From Sminthopsis crassicaudata (Eukaryota), in NCBI RefSeq assembly GCF_048593235.1, contig NC_133620.1, positions 429,751,261-429,815,260 of the forward strand: DNA of 64,000 bases, written 5' to 3'. Below the pieces are notes generated by a model. The model had not been told where the DNA came from. It worked only from the letters and a program-made list of their open reading frames with translations, and searched no databases. This document shows, piece by piece, positions 43,286 through 56,172 of this stretch. The translations under genes were made by a program, and so were the position numbers. The stretch's first letter is position 1. Each line of letters starts with the position of its first letter.

Positions 43286-46200
43286 GTGAGGCGCCCCGAC
43301 TAGGGGACGCGGAGTCATAGCTGGAAAGGAGAATGTCCTTGGGATAGCGGCCGCGAAAGGGGTGGGGGGAGACCCTGAGGGTGGTGGGGTGCCGCGGGAA
43401 GGGAGGCCTGGGATCGCGGACCCCGCTGACTGAACTCTGTGTCTCCACAGCGCCGGCGCTCAAGAATGCGGCCCCGCTGGCCCCGGGGTAAGTACGGCCA
43501 CCCTGGCTTCGAGCCCTAACGAAACTGCGGCCCGGGAGCCGCTTCGGGTTTGAGGGCGAGGGGCCTGGCTCAGGCGAGCGGGTTGCGCCGTAGCATCTGG
43601 GGCTCTAGTCCGACGTCTCGGTCCGGGAGCCCTGGGTGGGAAGGCGTGGGCTTTAGCCCTCCTCGGTGACCTTGGGCCGCGGGCAGCCCGGCCTCTTCCG
43701 GCTCTAAGTCGGAGACCTCGCATCGCCCGAGGGCAGCCCCGCCGTCCGCCGGGGCCCGTTCCGTACCTTCCTCTGCTGTTTTGAATTTGCTTGTTTAAAA
43801 GTAGACGGCTAGTGGCGTCCTGTTTTAAAAACAATTTTGTTGAAGCTGTGTGCTTAATGGTTAGAGAACTGACCTTAAGGGGCGAAGCTGTGGCTTCCCA
43901 TGAGTCCCCCAGGTACCGGCTTCGGGACTTGGGGGAAATCACCTACTATTTTTATGCCTTACTTTCGAGGTCAGACTTTGAAGTTTTCTGGAAGGTGCCT
44001 GCTTGCATCGTTAGAAGTGTCTCCTCATCTGGGGTTCCATGTACTAAGGAAGTCTCACGTTTGGGCCTTGTCTCTCTCTGTACTTTTTTAATGCAGGCGG
44101 AAGATGCGTTCTTGTGGACCTGAATGCTAGTCTGGTCTTAGAGCTGAGTTTTCCCATAGTAATTGACATGTAGATGATATTAATGAGAGAAAACAGATGC
44201 TCTTTTGTTCTCAAAGACTATTGTGACATGGGGTAGGTCGAGGCCCCCTATTGCAGGTGAACTGCCGTTAGTGAAGAGGCTGGTTAAGCTGCCTTCTGCC
44301 TCCTCTGGAGTTTTCTGCGGTCCAGCCACTGATCCCCAGGGGGTAGGGGGAGGCGTTTCCAGGTGCTGTCGGACCTTTTTAGGGTCAGATTCTTAATGGG
44401 TCTCAGTTTGATTGAGGTAACACCAGACCAGTAATTAAGGCTGGGTGATGAGAAAGAAAAATGAGGAATATAATGACTTTTTAAACCTAGTCCAAAAAAC
44501 ATTTAACCTGGGTAGGGGAAGATCCTCAGGGTTTCTAGCCTAAACCTGAATCAGTTGCAGTTTACATTCACTCAGTCTGGGCCCTGACAAAATCCCTGTG
44601 GGGCTTTAGCTAGAATGAATGAGAGCGGGTGGTTTTCCTTTAAGATTTGGTGCTTAAGAAATCTAGCTCATGAGCGTAGATATTTTAGAAAAGTGTTGCT
44701 CTCCAAGAACAAGCATGGCTACAGTAAAACTGGCAGACCTGCTGACTGACCCCTCTGGTACTTTGTGGTTTTTTGTTGTTATTAATAACCTTGACAACAA
44801 AAACCAAATAAGAAGTAAAATCTTGTCTAAAATCGGCCAGTTCTGATACATGTTTGTTTCCTTTTTTGAGAAGGTTTATTAAACTGTTGGATTAAAAGAG
44901 CATTCTGGGCCTTTTGCTTCTTGTTTTTAGGCAAGCATTGTTAGTTCAACATAATGAATTGGCCCGAACTGAAAAAAAAAAGTGGTCCAAATAATATTAG
45001 ATGAATCCATTTAAATACATATGTGTACATTTTAGTGGAGATCTTAGTGGCACAGCTAACACTGCCCTGCTAGTACCTACCAATTCATTCTTCCCTCTCT
45101 CCATTTGTTTTTTATTCTATTTGCATACTGCCACCTCAAGTAGGGTTCAGAGCGGGCCTGCCTGAGTTTAGTGTAGCCTTGGTTTGGAATCCAGAGAGAC
45201 TGGGTCTGGTCTCAGTTTGACATTTGGGCACGCCTCTTAACTCATTGAGTCTTAGCATAGGCCTTTTAGTCCCCCTCTCCCCCACTCTATCTCCCTTACA
45301 GAGGACATCTGCAGTGCTTCCTTAAGAATATTGTGAGGTTCACATACATAGTGTTTTCTAACCCTTTAAAATATTGAACAAACACATATTTTAACATTTT
45401 TCAGTATCGAAAATTAAAGACAGTAGAAGTAAATCAAGGAAGACAGTTAATGTTAGAACAAATGTAGTTCATGCCCATATGAGGAGAATTTTTTGAAAGT
45501 AAAAAAACATAAATTGAAAGAATAATTATTCTACCATATTCCATATTTTAAGACAAAAGAGTTCTATTCCAGGACTTTGTAGACTTTTCAGGTGAGCAGG
45601 AGGCTAGCATATATACAAGTCACTTGCTCTCACTTCCCAGCTTCTCTCATTTTGTTTTTTAAGTTAGCCTTCATTTAATTGAAAGTTTAGGAATAGTACT
45701 GCTCTTTTGAATCCGGAACAGAGGTGCCTCCCTTCCTGTATCTACTCTTATCTGTGATGTCACATTCCAGGAGAAGCTACCCAAGGTCACAGAGAAACTG
45801 GCCTGAGCTCTGTAAGACAAAGTAGGAACACTTGGGAAGAGGGGCCTGTGTGTCTGTTGCTCTTGGTTCTCCCCAGCCTTGTGTATATTAAAAGGGAAAG
45901 AAGAGCAGGATATACAAAAGTTCTGAGATGAAATTGTGAGGAGAGAGATCTGCCTTCCTTGTGGCAGTACCTTGACTTCTTCAGGGTAGCCAGACTGGAA
46001 ATGAAAGAGTGTTTTGTCTGAAAAGGAAAGTTGCCCAGAAAAATTAGCCATCTTCTAATATCTGTGGGAACCTTCTGGAAGAGAAATTCTTGTTGTTGAA
46101 TTCAAAAGAGAACTAGAAACAATAGGTAGAAGTTAATAGAAGCCAGATTTTTCATTTAGTATAAAGAACTCCTTTAATATAAAGGACAATTAGAACTGTC

Positions 46201-49200
46201 CACCATGAAATGTAAACTGTCTAGAAAGATAAAAGACCTATAATGAGACATGCTCAAAGCAGGTTATCAAGATGTTGAAGAAAAAAAGCTTGTATTGGGA
46301 AGCAAATCGTATTAGTTATAATCTCTGTAAGGAAGACATAGGTAGTAGTAGTGGGACTAGAAATATTTATGTAAATTCATATTATGCAAATTTGACTTAT
46401 CTGAAATTTTTTCTGAAAGTAATCACATTCTGAAAAATCTATTAACTCATTGCACTCACTTTCTACTCCTGTCCCTTCCCTCAGCTCTGCATTCAGGCCT
46501 TCCATTTCCCCACACAAAACAAACAAACAAACAAACAAACAAACAACCTGCTAGATGAAAATAGAAAAACAGACATGCGAACACCTTTGCCACCAATGGA
46601 ATAAGGGCTTAACTTGAAACATGTAGTATGGAGAGAGGAGACCTTTGTCCCACTCCATCCAACCCTAGTGAGGCTGTCTTTCATTCTGTGTTTGGGTACT
46701 GTGTGTCTGTTCCTGGTCCCAGTCTGTTCATATTTAATTCCCATGCATCTATACTTGTCTCCCACCTACCTACTCCCCAAGTAGCAGGCCCAATCCCTGT
46801 GTTCCTCCTTCTGCTCCCACTTCTTTGTCGTCAGCCCCTTCTGCAAGGGCATGTGATTCCCTATCCAATTCCCTTTCTTTCCCATGTCTACAGGCAAATT
46901 CTCATTATATAAAAGGTCTGGGGAATGCTTCACTTACTTAAAGTTAGAACTTCTGTATGCTGTCTTTTATTTTTGCAGAGTGCTTCAGGCATCCAGAATT
47001 TTTCACACAGCTTCTCCCCATCTGGCTCCTTTGCCTCCTCTTCCTGAGCATGGGGGGAAAATTCGTCATGGGTTGATTCCTGAGGAGTTCTTTGGGTTTA
47101 TGTATCCTAAAACTGGAGTTACTGGTAAGCAAGCTTTTCTGCAGAGATGATTTAGTATGATATTTATTATGGTAATAGTTTGGGATACATGGATTTCACA
47201 TTGTTTCTTCCTTTTCATCATACCTTGTTATAATGAAAAACAATCAGTGCTTTTTAAAGGATGTAATCTGTTTATTCTTGACAAGCAAAACTTATTGCTA
47301 TAACGATTAGCCTTTGGAAACTAATTATTTCTGGACTTTCTAAAGTATGATATAGTTTCTTCATCCGTTTAAAGTATTTAAGGACATATGTGCATAATAA
47401 TTCTTGATTTATAGATGATAAAGTCAGAATTTACCAAGAATTAAGATATACATGGAAGCTAAGAAATTCTAAAGTATATAATTGTTGAAATGAGTGGCTT
47501 AAAATAAACTCTGACAGGTTTAGCCAACTTAAGTGTAGAAGGTGGGCTATTGGGTGACTTCTTTTTTTAAGCACAGCTTCTTACAACTTGCATTGCTGCA
47601 AAGAGTACCCCCTTTAATAGGATCAGACTTTTTTCCCTATTTTTAATGTGAAGGTGCTAACTATAGATAAGAGTGGATAGACTTCAAATACAAGTCTTAG
47701 TTTGTTAAGAAATTATTTTGACAACAGTGATTATTGAATGACATTAATTTATAATTTTTCTAAATGAAAGGGTTGGGGGGTTTATGCACTAGAATGAATT
47801 GATTTTTAAAATTTTTTTAGCTAGCCTAGTCTTCAGCTTGAAACTTCATTCACTCCTTGTTTTTAATGCTGTATAGAAGTTCTCATAAATATTCTTTTTC
47901 TTTCAGGTCCTTATGTATTGGGTACAGGGCTTATCCTGTATTTTCTCTCCAAAGAAATCTATGTTATAACTGCTGATACGATTGCTGCCGTTTCAACATT
48001 GGGGCTCCTCGTTTATGTGGCTAAAAAATATGGTCCCACTATAGCAGCTTTTGCTGATAAACTCAGAGAGGTATGGATAGAAATTTGATTTTTCCCCATT
48101 TTTGTGTTGGATAGAAATTTAGGAATTCATGATAAGGCTTTCAACTGTTGACCCATTTGGATTTAAAATGAATTTTTAGGGAGAAAATCATTATTGCAGA
48201 GTTATGTACTAATGTTACCCTAAAATGATTTATGTTTTTCAAATATTTTAATAACCAGCTTTATAGCCATGGTAATAAAACACTTGTAACTCTGAATAAT
48301 GGATCAAGTCCTGTGGAATAATTTTCTGTATTTATTAAAATGCTTTATTACTTTTAAATTTTAGATAGATTTCTTTCAGATATTGGGCTCCCATAAAAGT
48401 TGTGTGCATCTTTTCTTCACATTGCACACAAAGGAACTCTAACTTTGAAAGGGGAAAATGAATTGTTGCTTTATTATCATTGACCCTTTCACCAATATTA
48501 TCATAAATATCCTCTGATTGTAGGACCAGCTGGCTCAGGCAGAAGCAGTGAAACAGGCCTCCATGAAAGGTATCAGTGATGCAATTGAGTTGGAAAAGAA
48601 ACAGCAAGCCCTGGTTGCTAAACGTCATTACCTTTTTGATGTCCAGAGGGTAGGTATTTTTGAGGAATTAAAAGGTACTTTTCCCACATAGGAGAGAAAA
48701 TGCCCTGCTGGGCATTCGGTACACTAAGATTCAGGAAAAACAAAATGTTCAATTAAATGTGTCATATATAGAAACTATGATAATTTATTTTTGGAGAATT
48801 TAATTCATTTGTGACTTAGGAATTATATTCAGATTATTAAGTATTTCATTCACTTCTACCATGTTACCAATAACTCCTCAACAAAAGTGTCAACTGCCTG
48901 CCTATATTGAGATTATATGACAAGAGCAAAATTCTTGGAGCGTGGACAAATCAGAAGTTGGTTTACTAGGGACATTTTAATCCAGCTTCAATAGCACAGG
49001 TCCTTGCTTGTTACGTACAATTTATTCTTCATACAAGTCAGCGACCACTTGCCACTTCACATATGTTAATATCACACCCAATTTGGTTAAGATTTTTATT
49101 TTCAAATCACTAAATTTTAAATGAAAACCTAACCAAAAAAGCCCTTATCTTTTGTATGGGATATGAAAGTGTGATGCTCATATTGTTCTCCTGGCACAGA

Positions 49201-50146
49201 TCTTGAGAACATGTGGTTCTTTAACCACAAAAATAAGCTTTCTCACTTTCTTTAGAACAACATTGCCATGACACTAGAAGTCTATTATCGTGAGAGGCTG
49301 CACAAGGTGTACACAGAAGTGAAGAATCGCCTGGATTATCACATCGCCAAGCAAACCATGATGCGACGCAAGGAGCAAGAACACATGATCTCATGGGTGG
49401 AGAACCATGTTATGAAGAGCATCTCTGCTCAGGAGGTATCACATTTCTGACATGTCTGGTGAATCTGGGTCCTGGGCTGGAGATGGAAGGGAAGCTGGCC
49501 AGTGGTCTTCAGAAGAAACTGGAGCTCCTAGCATTTAATCTGGAGAAAGGCATATTCAGAAGAAGTTACTGCACAGCTGATGCAGAGTTCTTTCTTAAAA
49601 TCTGATTTATAAAAGATTCTTCATCTGAGTTTTAGGTACAGTAGGTCTCCATAGTCACCTAACTGCTGGTACTACAAAGGAATAATTTCTTGTTACTTGC
49701 TCTATTATCACTTTATTTCTATTCAGAAATGACTGAGACTTCAGTTCTAGAGAAGAAAGACATGAGAATATGATTGGAATATGATTAAAGGTTATAGGAG
49801 CCAATGATCACTTAAATAAATATGCACAAGCACTACTGTAAAATATACATGATAGGAAGATTCATACCTAGTCTCCAGTTTGTTGTCCCACTCTTCATTT
49901 TCAGTTCTCTTCCTGGGATAACTAACTTCTGCTCTTGATCATCTCATTCCCTAGATCCTATGGGTCTCATATACAGTCACAGAATTTCAGAAATAGAAAA
50001 TAACTTTATATATATACAAACATGTACATAACCTATAATTATTATTTTTCTCTTTGTCACAGGAAAAGGAAGCAATTACCAAGTGCATCTCAGACCTGAA
50101 GGTACTAGCAAAGAAGGCACAAGCACAATCACAGCCAGTTCTGTAA
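43246..50146 (+). CDS. ATP5PB: ATP synthase peripheral stalk subunit b (mitochondrial F0 b), 7 exons, 258 aa
   Basis: Exons: 43246-43285, 43451-43487, 46979-47124, 47907-48070, 48524-48649, 49256-49435, 50063-50146 (777 nt). MLSRLAL presequence; GLIPEEFF..YPKTGVTGPYVLGTGL; KRHYLFDVQRNNIAM. Confidence 0.97.
43451..43487 (+). CDS. ATP5PB: ATP5PB exon 2
   Basis: PALKNAAPLAP, 37 nt. Confidence 0.92.
46979..47124 (+). CDS. ATP5PB: ATP5PB exon 3
   Basis: VLQASRIFHTASPHLAPLPPLPEHGGKIRHGLIPEEFFGFMYPKTGVT, 146 nt. Confidence 0.96.
47907..48070 (+). CDS. ATP5PB: ATP5PB exon 4
   Basis: PYVLGTGLILYFLSKEIYVITADT...AFADKLRE, 164 nt. Confidence 0.96.
48524..48649 (+). CDS. ATP5PB: ATP5PB exon 5
   Basis: DQLAQAEAVKQASMKGISDAIELEKKQQALVAKRHYLFDVQR, 126 nt. 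Confidence 0.96.
49256..49435 (+). CDS. ATP5PB: ATP5PB exon 6
   Basis: NNIAMTLEVYYRERLHKVYTEVKNRLDYHIAKQTMMRRKEQEHMISWVENHVMKSISAQE, 180 nt. Confidence 0.96.
50063..50146 (+). CDS. ATP5PB: ATP5PB exon 7 (to stop)
   Basis: EKEAITKCISDLKVLAKKAQAQSQPVL*, 84 nt. Confidence 0.95.
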   Translation, partial: EKEAITKCISDLKVLAKKAQAQSQPVL

Positions 50147-50221
50147 AAACTATTTCATCTTAATTAAGACAAAGAAAAGCAGTTTACTAGCAATGTAGAA
50201 GCTGTATTCTTTGTTACCCTC

Positions 50222-50227
50222 AATAAA
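50222..50227 (+). terminator. ATP5PB polyadenylation signal AATAAA
   Basis: 75 nt past the stop. Confidence 0.8.
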
Positions 50228-53200
50228 AATCTTTCTCTAAACATTGTATTGCCATCCCTCCTAGAACTGAGCCTGAATCTTTCTAGAGCTATGAGGTTCT
50301 GAAGGTTACAAAGGTCACCTTTCAGCTCAACTGCTTTATGTTTTGGTGTAACTAAAAAACTTGAATGAAGTTTAGAACACTATCAGAAATTCTCAAGTTA
50401 TAGCTTAAGTTTTAATTTTGACTCAAATCTACCATATTGAAATAATAACTGATACTTTTAAGACCTAGGTGGTTTCTGAAATTTGCTTAGATTTCATTAA
50501 AATTTAGTGTGTGGTTCCAGAGAGAAAATTTGCATCAGAATTTCTGGAATTTGTAGAACTCATAGTTTGCCATTTGATTGGGTTATGGTGCTAAAGATTA
50601 TTTTATTTTAACAGTTTTCAGGAAAGTATGCATAAGAAATGTGTTAAATGTTTTCCCACTGAATTTCTTTTTTAATGTCAAAAAAAATCATACTAAGATT
50701 CTAAACAGTATCAAAAATCATGTAATTCTCAACCTCTTCAAGAAAATATTGTGCAATTATATGATCTGAGTTATTACACTTTGTGGTCACACTTAAAAGG
50801 ATATTATAATATATACCACATAATTTAATTCGTAGTTCTTTAATGTTTTCACTCATTTTATGGAACTTGATATTTCAGCAACCTCTATGACTTTACTTTT
50901 ACTTGAGCTGAGCTCCTATGTTAAACCTAATAATTACACTAATAAAGGAATTTCTAAAGTCTCCTAATTGATAACAGTCACCAGGAATGTCTCTTTGGAG
51001 AAAATCTTTTTTTACTTCAATTAATATTGAAGTCATTGGGGACTGGAGAGAGAACCTGACTATATAATTCATCATGCTAAAAAAGTTTGTTGCTTAAATT
51101 CTTAAAGGTAGTCCAGATGTTTATCCCATGAAATGAGCTTTATTTCTACAGTTACCTGTCTTCCCAGTGGCTTTTTACAAGAAAATAGATCTGGAAAAAA
51201 CCCTTAAAAGGGGCTTGATCTGGTCCTCCTTTTACAGATGTTGAGGGTGTAGGTCTATAGATGTGAAATGATTTGCCCAAAGTCACATAGTGACAGAACC
51301 TAATGTGAACCTATTCCTTCTGACTCATCTCAGTCTTCTTTCAACCACACAAAGACAAGATATGCATTTTCCTGTTCAGTATTTAGAGCCTTTCACAAGC
51401 TGACTCCAATTTAACTTTCCAGACTGTTTCAGATTCTCTAGTTTTTTCCCAAGTTGACCTAATTACTTTTCCCAGTAGAAGACATTCCCTCATTCCTTGA
51501 CACAGGTTATCTCCTATTTAGGAGCCACCTCCAAAAGTCTTCCTTTTACAGAAGAAATGCTTTTCCTTCACTGTTCCCCGAGATTCCATTTTCAGTAGGA
51601 GGTAAATTCTTTGAGGGCATAGTGTGGCTCATTTTCTCTCCAGGGTTATAATCATGCCTAGTGATGAACAGGCACTTAACTGCAAATTTAGTTGAGAGTA
51701 TTTGGGAGGTAATCTTGGCGAAAGTCAGTTGTACCTGCATTATTCTCTTGATGTAGCCCTGTCAAAAAAAAAAAAAAAAGGAATGAAGTTACTTTTTGTT
51801 AAATTCACACTTGCTTGTCATAATCATTACATTTTTAGGGTTCACAAACCATTTAATCATCCATTCTGGAAACCTGCCTGACATTTTTTAAAAAGAGGGT
51901 GTTGGACTAAGTGATCTCTGAAGGTCTCCAACTTTAAATCTTTGATCTTACTTTCTGATTCCACAGAGTTCAAGGGGAGTGTGCTGGAACCACATTTTAT
52001 AAGTGCTTTTTGTGCCCTGAGGTGTATTTTGTTCTGCTCAGATATGTTAAATCATTAGAATGCTATAGGGTTATCATAATTTACCAAGAGTACCGCTTTG
52101 GCTAACAAACTTGGAATATTGTTAAGAGGAAATGATGAGAAGAATCCTCAGAGTTGGTAAATCTACAGTGTCTTCATTTTTCTCATGCTGCATTTGACAC
52201 TGGTAACTGGCCTCTCCTCAATGATATTTCCTCTGGGTTTTCTTTCCATTTTCCCTGATTTTCCTACCTATCTGACTATTCAGTCTCCTATGCTGTCTTA
52301 ATCTTCCCCAAGCTTTTTTCCTAGGCCCTCTTCTAATTTTACACCAGAGGTTCTTAATCCTAAACCACAGAGAGATTTCATGGGGCTCTTCAACTTGAAT
52401 GGGGAAATAATTACATTTTTATTTTTACTAAGAAATTTAACATTTAATTATTTTAAAACATTGTGGAAAGGTCCCAAAAGTTTCACCTGACTGCCAAAGG
52501 AGGCCATGATGTAAAAATGGGTAAAAGTTGTTTTGCTTTACTTTCTCTCAGTAGATTAATTTTTTATCTCTTTGTAGGTGCTATCTAGTTCCAATTTCTC
52601 CACTAAGCATCTATCCAACATTTCAAATGGATATCCCATAGACTTCTCAAACTCAATATGCTCCAAACTGAAATCCTCTTTCCCTCTTTTAAACTTGACT
52701 TTTTTTGTTTGTTTTTTGTTTTTTGTTTTTCAAATAAAGTACCATGTCTCCCACATTCAAAACTTTGGCATTATCTGGGACTCTGGCTCATCCCTCATAA
52801 CCAATCAGCTCCCAAATCTTGCATTTTTTACCTTGACAGCGTTGCTTGCATATGTTCCCTTTTCTCCACTCATAGGACTGTCCCTTTAACTGGCACTCGT
52901 CTCTTATTGCTAGTTTTTACACCAGATAGAGCACTGGATTGAAGTCAGGAAGACCTGAATTCAAATCTAGCCTCATACAAACTATGGAGAGAGACATTGT
53001 TTGATGTCTCCATGTCAAATGGAAATTTGACATTGTGACAAACAGGTTGTGATTTCCCCAGTTTCCTCATCTTGAAAATGAAAATGGTAATCCCTGGAGT
53101 TGTAAGGCTCGAATGAGATATCTAAAAAATGCTTTGCAAACTTAAAACTATATAGCCTAATTGGTCTTCTTGCCTTACCACCAAAGTTCATCCTGTACAC

Positions 53201-54299
53201 TGCTACTTGAGCAATTTTCCTTAAATGAAGATCTGACCATTAGGGATCAACACCAGTGGCTTCTTTTTGCCATATAACATTTTATACATATATATTTTTT
53301 CTACATATATAAATATATATATATTATGTGTTATAAATATAATTAAATATGCATTTATATATAATATAAAAACTCTGTCCCCAAACTATCTTCCTAATCT
53401 CATTAGTTATTAACCCTCTCACTACAACACAGCCAAATTTGCCTTCTCTGAATTCTTCACAAAGGACCTTCCATCTCTAGTCTCCATTTTTCTATCCAAG
53501 TTGACTTCACCATCCTTGGAATGTACTCCTTCCTTGGAGTCCCCTGTTATTTTCAAGTTGCAACATAAGCAATAGTTAAATGAAACCTTTCCCTGATACC
53601 ATCACCAACTGCTAGTGCCCTCTCTCTTATGCTATATCTTCTTGTATTTAACTTTTTAAATTTATTTTAAAGCTTAATATATTTATAGATACACTTTTAT
53701 TCCTCTACATACTATTAGTGTGAAAACTTCTTGAGAGGAAGGATTGTTTCATTCTTTTGTACTTTTATGTCCAGTATCCCCAGGGCCTGGAACAAAATAG
53801 GTTCTTCATACTTGGTGAATGATTCTCCATATGATCAGAACTCAGTTCCTATAATAAAGTATGCTATGGTGCCCAGCTTCTTAAACTGATTTGACCTCAA
53901 TTGAAAGTGGGAATTGCATATTTAATATGTATTGGACTACCTGCCATTTAGGGGAGGAGGTGGGGGAAAGGAGGGGAAATTAGGAACAGAAAGTCTTGGA
54001 GGGGTCAATGTTGAAAAAATTAGCCATGAATATGTTTTGTAAATAAAAAGCTATTAACAAAAGAAGGAAGGGGTTGCAAAATTATTACTTATTTGCAAAT
54101 GTTTGCCTACCTATTTACTTATATACTTAAGCATACTTATATATTGAGGGTCATGTAAATTTTTCTCTAGTAAAAAGACTCCCTAGTAGAAAAAGTTTAA
54201 GAAGCTGTGCTAGAGTGGGTAGTGTTATTGTTGGAGTTAGAAATATCTTGGTTCAGATTATACTTCTGACACTGTCTTTATGGACAAATCACTTATTTC

Positions 54300-56165
54300 C
54301 TAATTTATCTCATCTGGAAAAGAGCAAAAGTCATTGTATACTAATTTCACAATGATGAAGATAACACTTTTTAACTTAAATAATAATTTTTAGCATTCTT
54401 TTAAAGTTTTGAGTTCCTTATTCTCTTCCTCAAACTCTTCCCCCACCAATGAAAAGGTAAGCAATATGATATCAGTTATCCATGGGAAATCATGCAAAAC
54501 ATCCACATTGCAAAATAAAGAGCATCATATTTCAGTTTGTGCTTAGAAGTACATTATTTCTCTAGCGATGGATAGCATTTTTTCATCACAAGTTCTTTGA
54601 AACTAATTTAGATCATTAAATTGTTCAAAGTAACAAAGTTTATCATCGAACAGTATTGTTGCTGTAAGTGATGATTTCTTGGCGCTTCTCACTTCACTTT
54701 GCATCAGTTAATATAGGTGTTCCCATGTTTTTTTCTGAAACTACCACCCTGGTTATTTCCTATAGTACAATAGAATTCCAATCAACCTACAATTTCCCCA
54801 ACTCAAGAACATTGCCTTAATTTCCAATTATTTGCTGCCCCAAAAAACTGCTATAGATATTTTTGTACATAAAGCTCTTTTTCCTTTCTCTTCGACCTCT
54901 TTGGGGTATAGATCTACTAGTGAAATTGTTCAATCAAAAAATATGCAGTTTTATAGCCCTCTAGATGTAGTTCCAAATTGTTCTACAAAATGGTTGGACC
55001 AGTTCACAACATTAGTGTTTGTTTTTTCCCCCATCCTCTCCAACATTTGTCATTTCTGGTAAGTATGAGGTGGTATCTCAGAATTACTCTAATTTTCATT
55101 CCTCTAGTCAATGATTTTTAGCATTTAAAAAAAAATGACTATAAGTAGCTATGATTTCTGAAAGCTATCTTTTCAAATTCTTTAACCTTGTCAATTGGGA
55201 AATGGTTCTTATTTTTATAAATTTGACTTAACTCCCTATATATTTGGAAATATGTAAGAAAAACATGCTGGAAGAATTTTTGATATAGCTTTATTGTACA
55301 TGATACCTTGTGCTTTTGATCTCTTGAGGTCATGATTGCTTTTTTTTTGTACTTCAGATTTAGATTCTGCTCCAACCCTTTATTTTAACTGCCTTTTTCA
55401 AGTGTATATGTAGTAAATAACATATTATTAGATTCTAATTTCTAAATCATTCTTCTATCTGCTTCCGTTTTATGAGTGGACTCATCCCATTCACATTCAC
55501 AGTTAGGAATGGAGTTCCCTCCATCCCATTTACTATAGTCTTTTCTGTTCCTCCTCCAAAGTCTGTTTTATTTCTAACCACTATATCTCCCTTACTCTGC
55601 CCTCCTTTTTATCAATATCTATCTCCCTCCATGTCTTTTATCCTATTCCCATCTTATTTCCCCTAATTGATAAGATAGGTTTCTATAAGCAACTGAGAAC
55701 ATACATATATGTTCTTGCCTTTTTGAACCAATTCCAACAACAGTGAGATACAGGCATTGTCTGCTTTCCATTTTCCCCTCCACTGTAAAAGCTCTTCCTT
55801 ACGTAACTTATGTGAGAAAATTTTTCTTATTCTGCTTCTTCCTTTTCCCTTCTCTTAGTGTATCGCTCTATCACCCCTTCATTTTTTTAAAATCACCCCA
55901 ACATAACTTACAGTTATGCTCTCTCTATGTAGACTTCTAACTGCCCTAAAAATGAGTTATGTGTATTATTTTCCCATATAGAAATGTAAAAAGCTTAACT
56001 TTATTATATACCTTATGATTACTCTTTCATATTTACATTTTTAAGCTTGAGTCTTGTATTTGTCAGATTTTCTACCCAGTTCTGGTTTTTTCACAAGGAA
56101 TTCTTGAAAAATCTTATGTTTCATTAAATATTGATTTTTTTTTTTTCCCCTAGAGATCATATACT
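54300..56165 (-). mobile_element. Older antisense LINE-1 remnant, resuming at about 60040-60180 after the sense L1
   Basis: T-rich antisense L1 3'UTR/ORF2 text; the ORF1-like antisense fragment continues after 60040. Confidence 0.7.
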
Positions 56166-56172
56166 CGGGATG

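Larger units (their letters stand above)
41900..43800. promoter_or_regulatory. CpG island containing the WDR77/ATP5PB bidirectional promoter
   Basis: Dense CpG. The divergent ATGs at 42824 and 43246 are 421 nt apart. TCTCGCGAGA-type motifs and a YY1 motif CCGCCATCTT (43162-43171) are present. Confidence 0.88.
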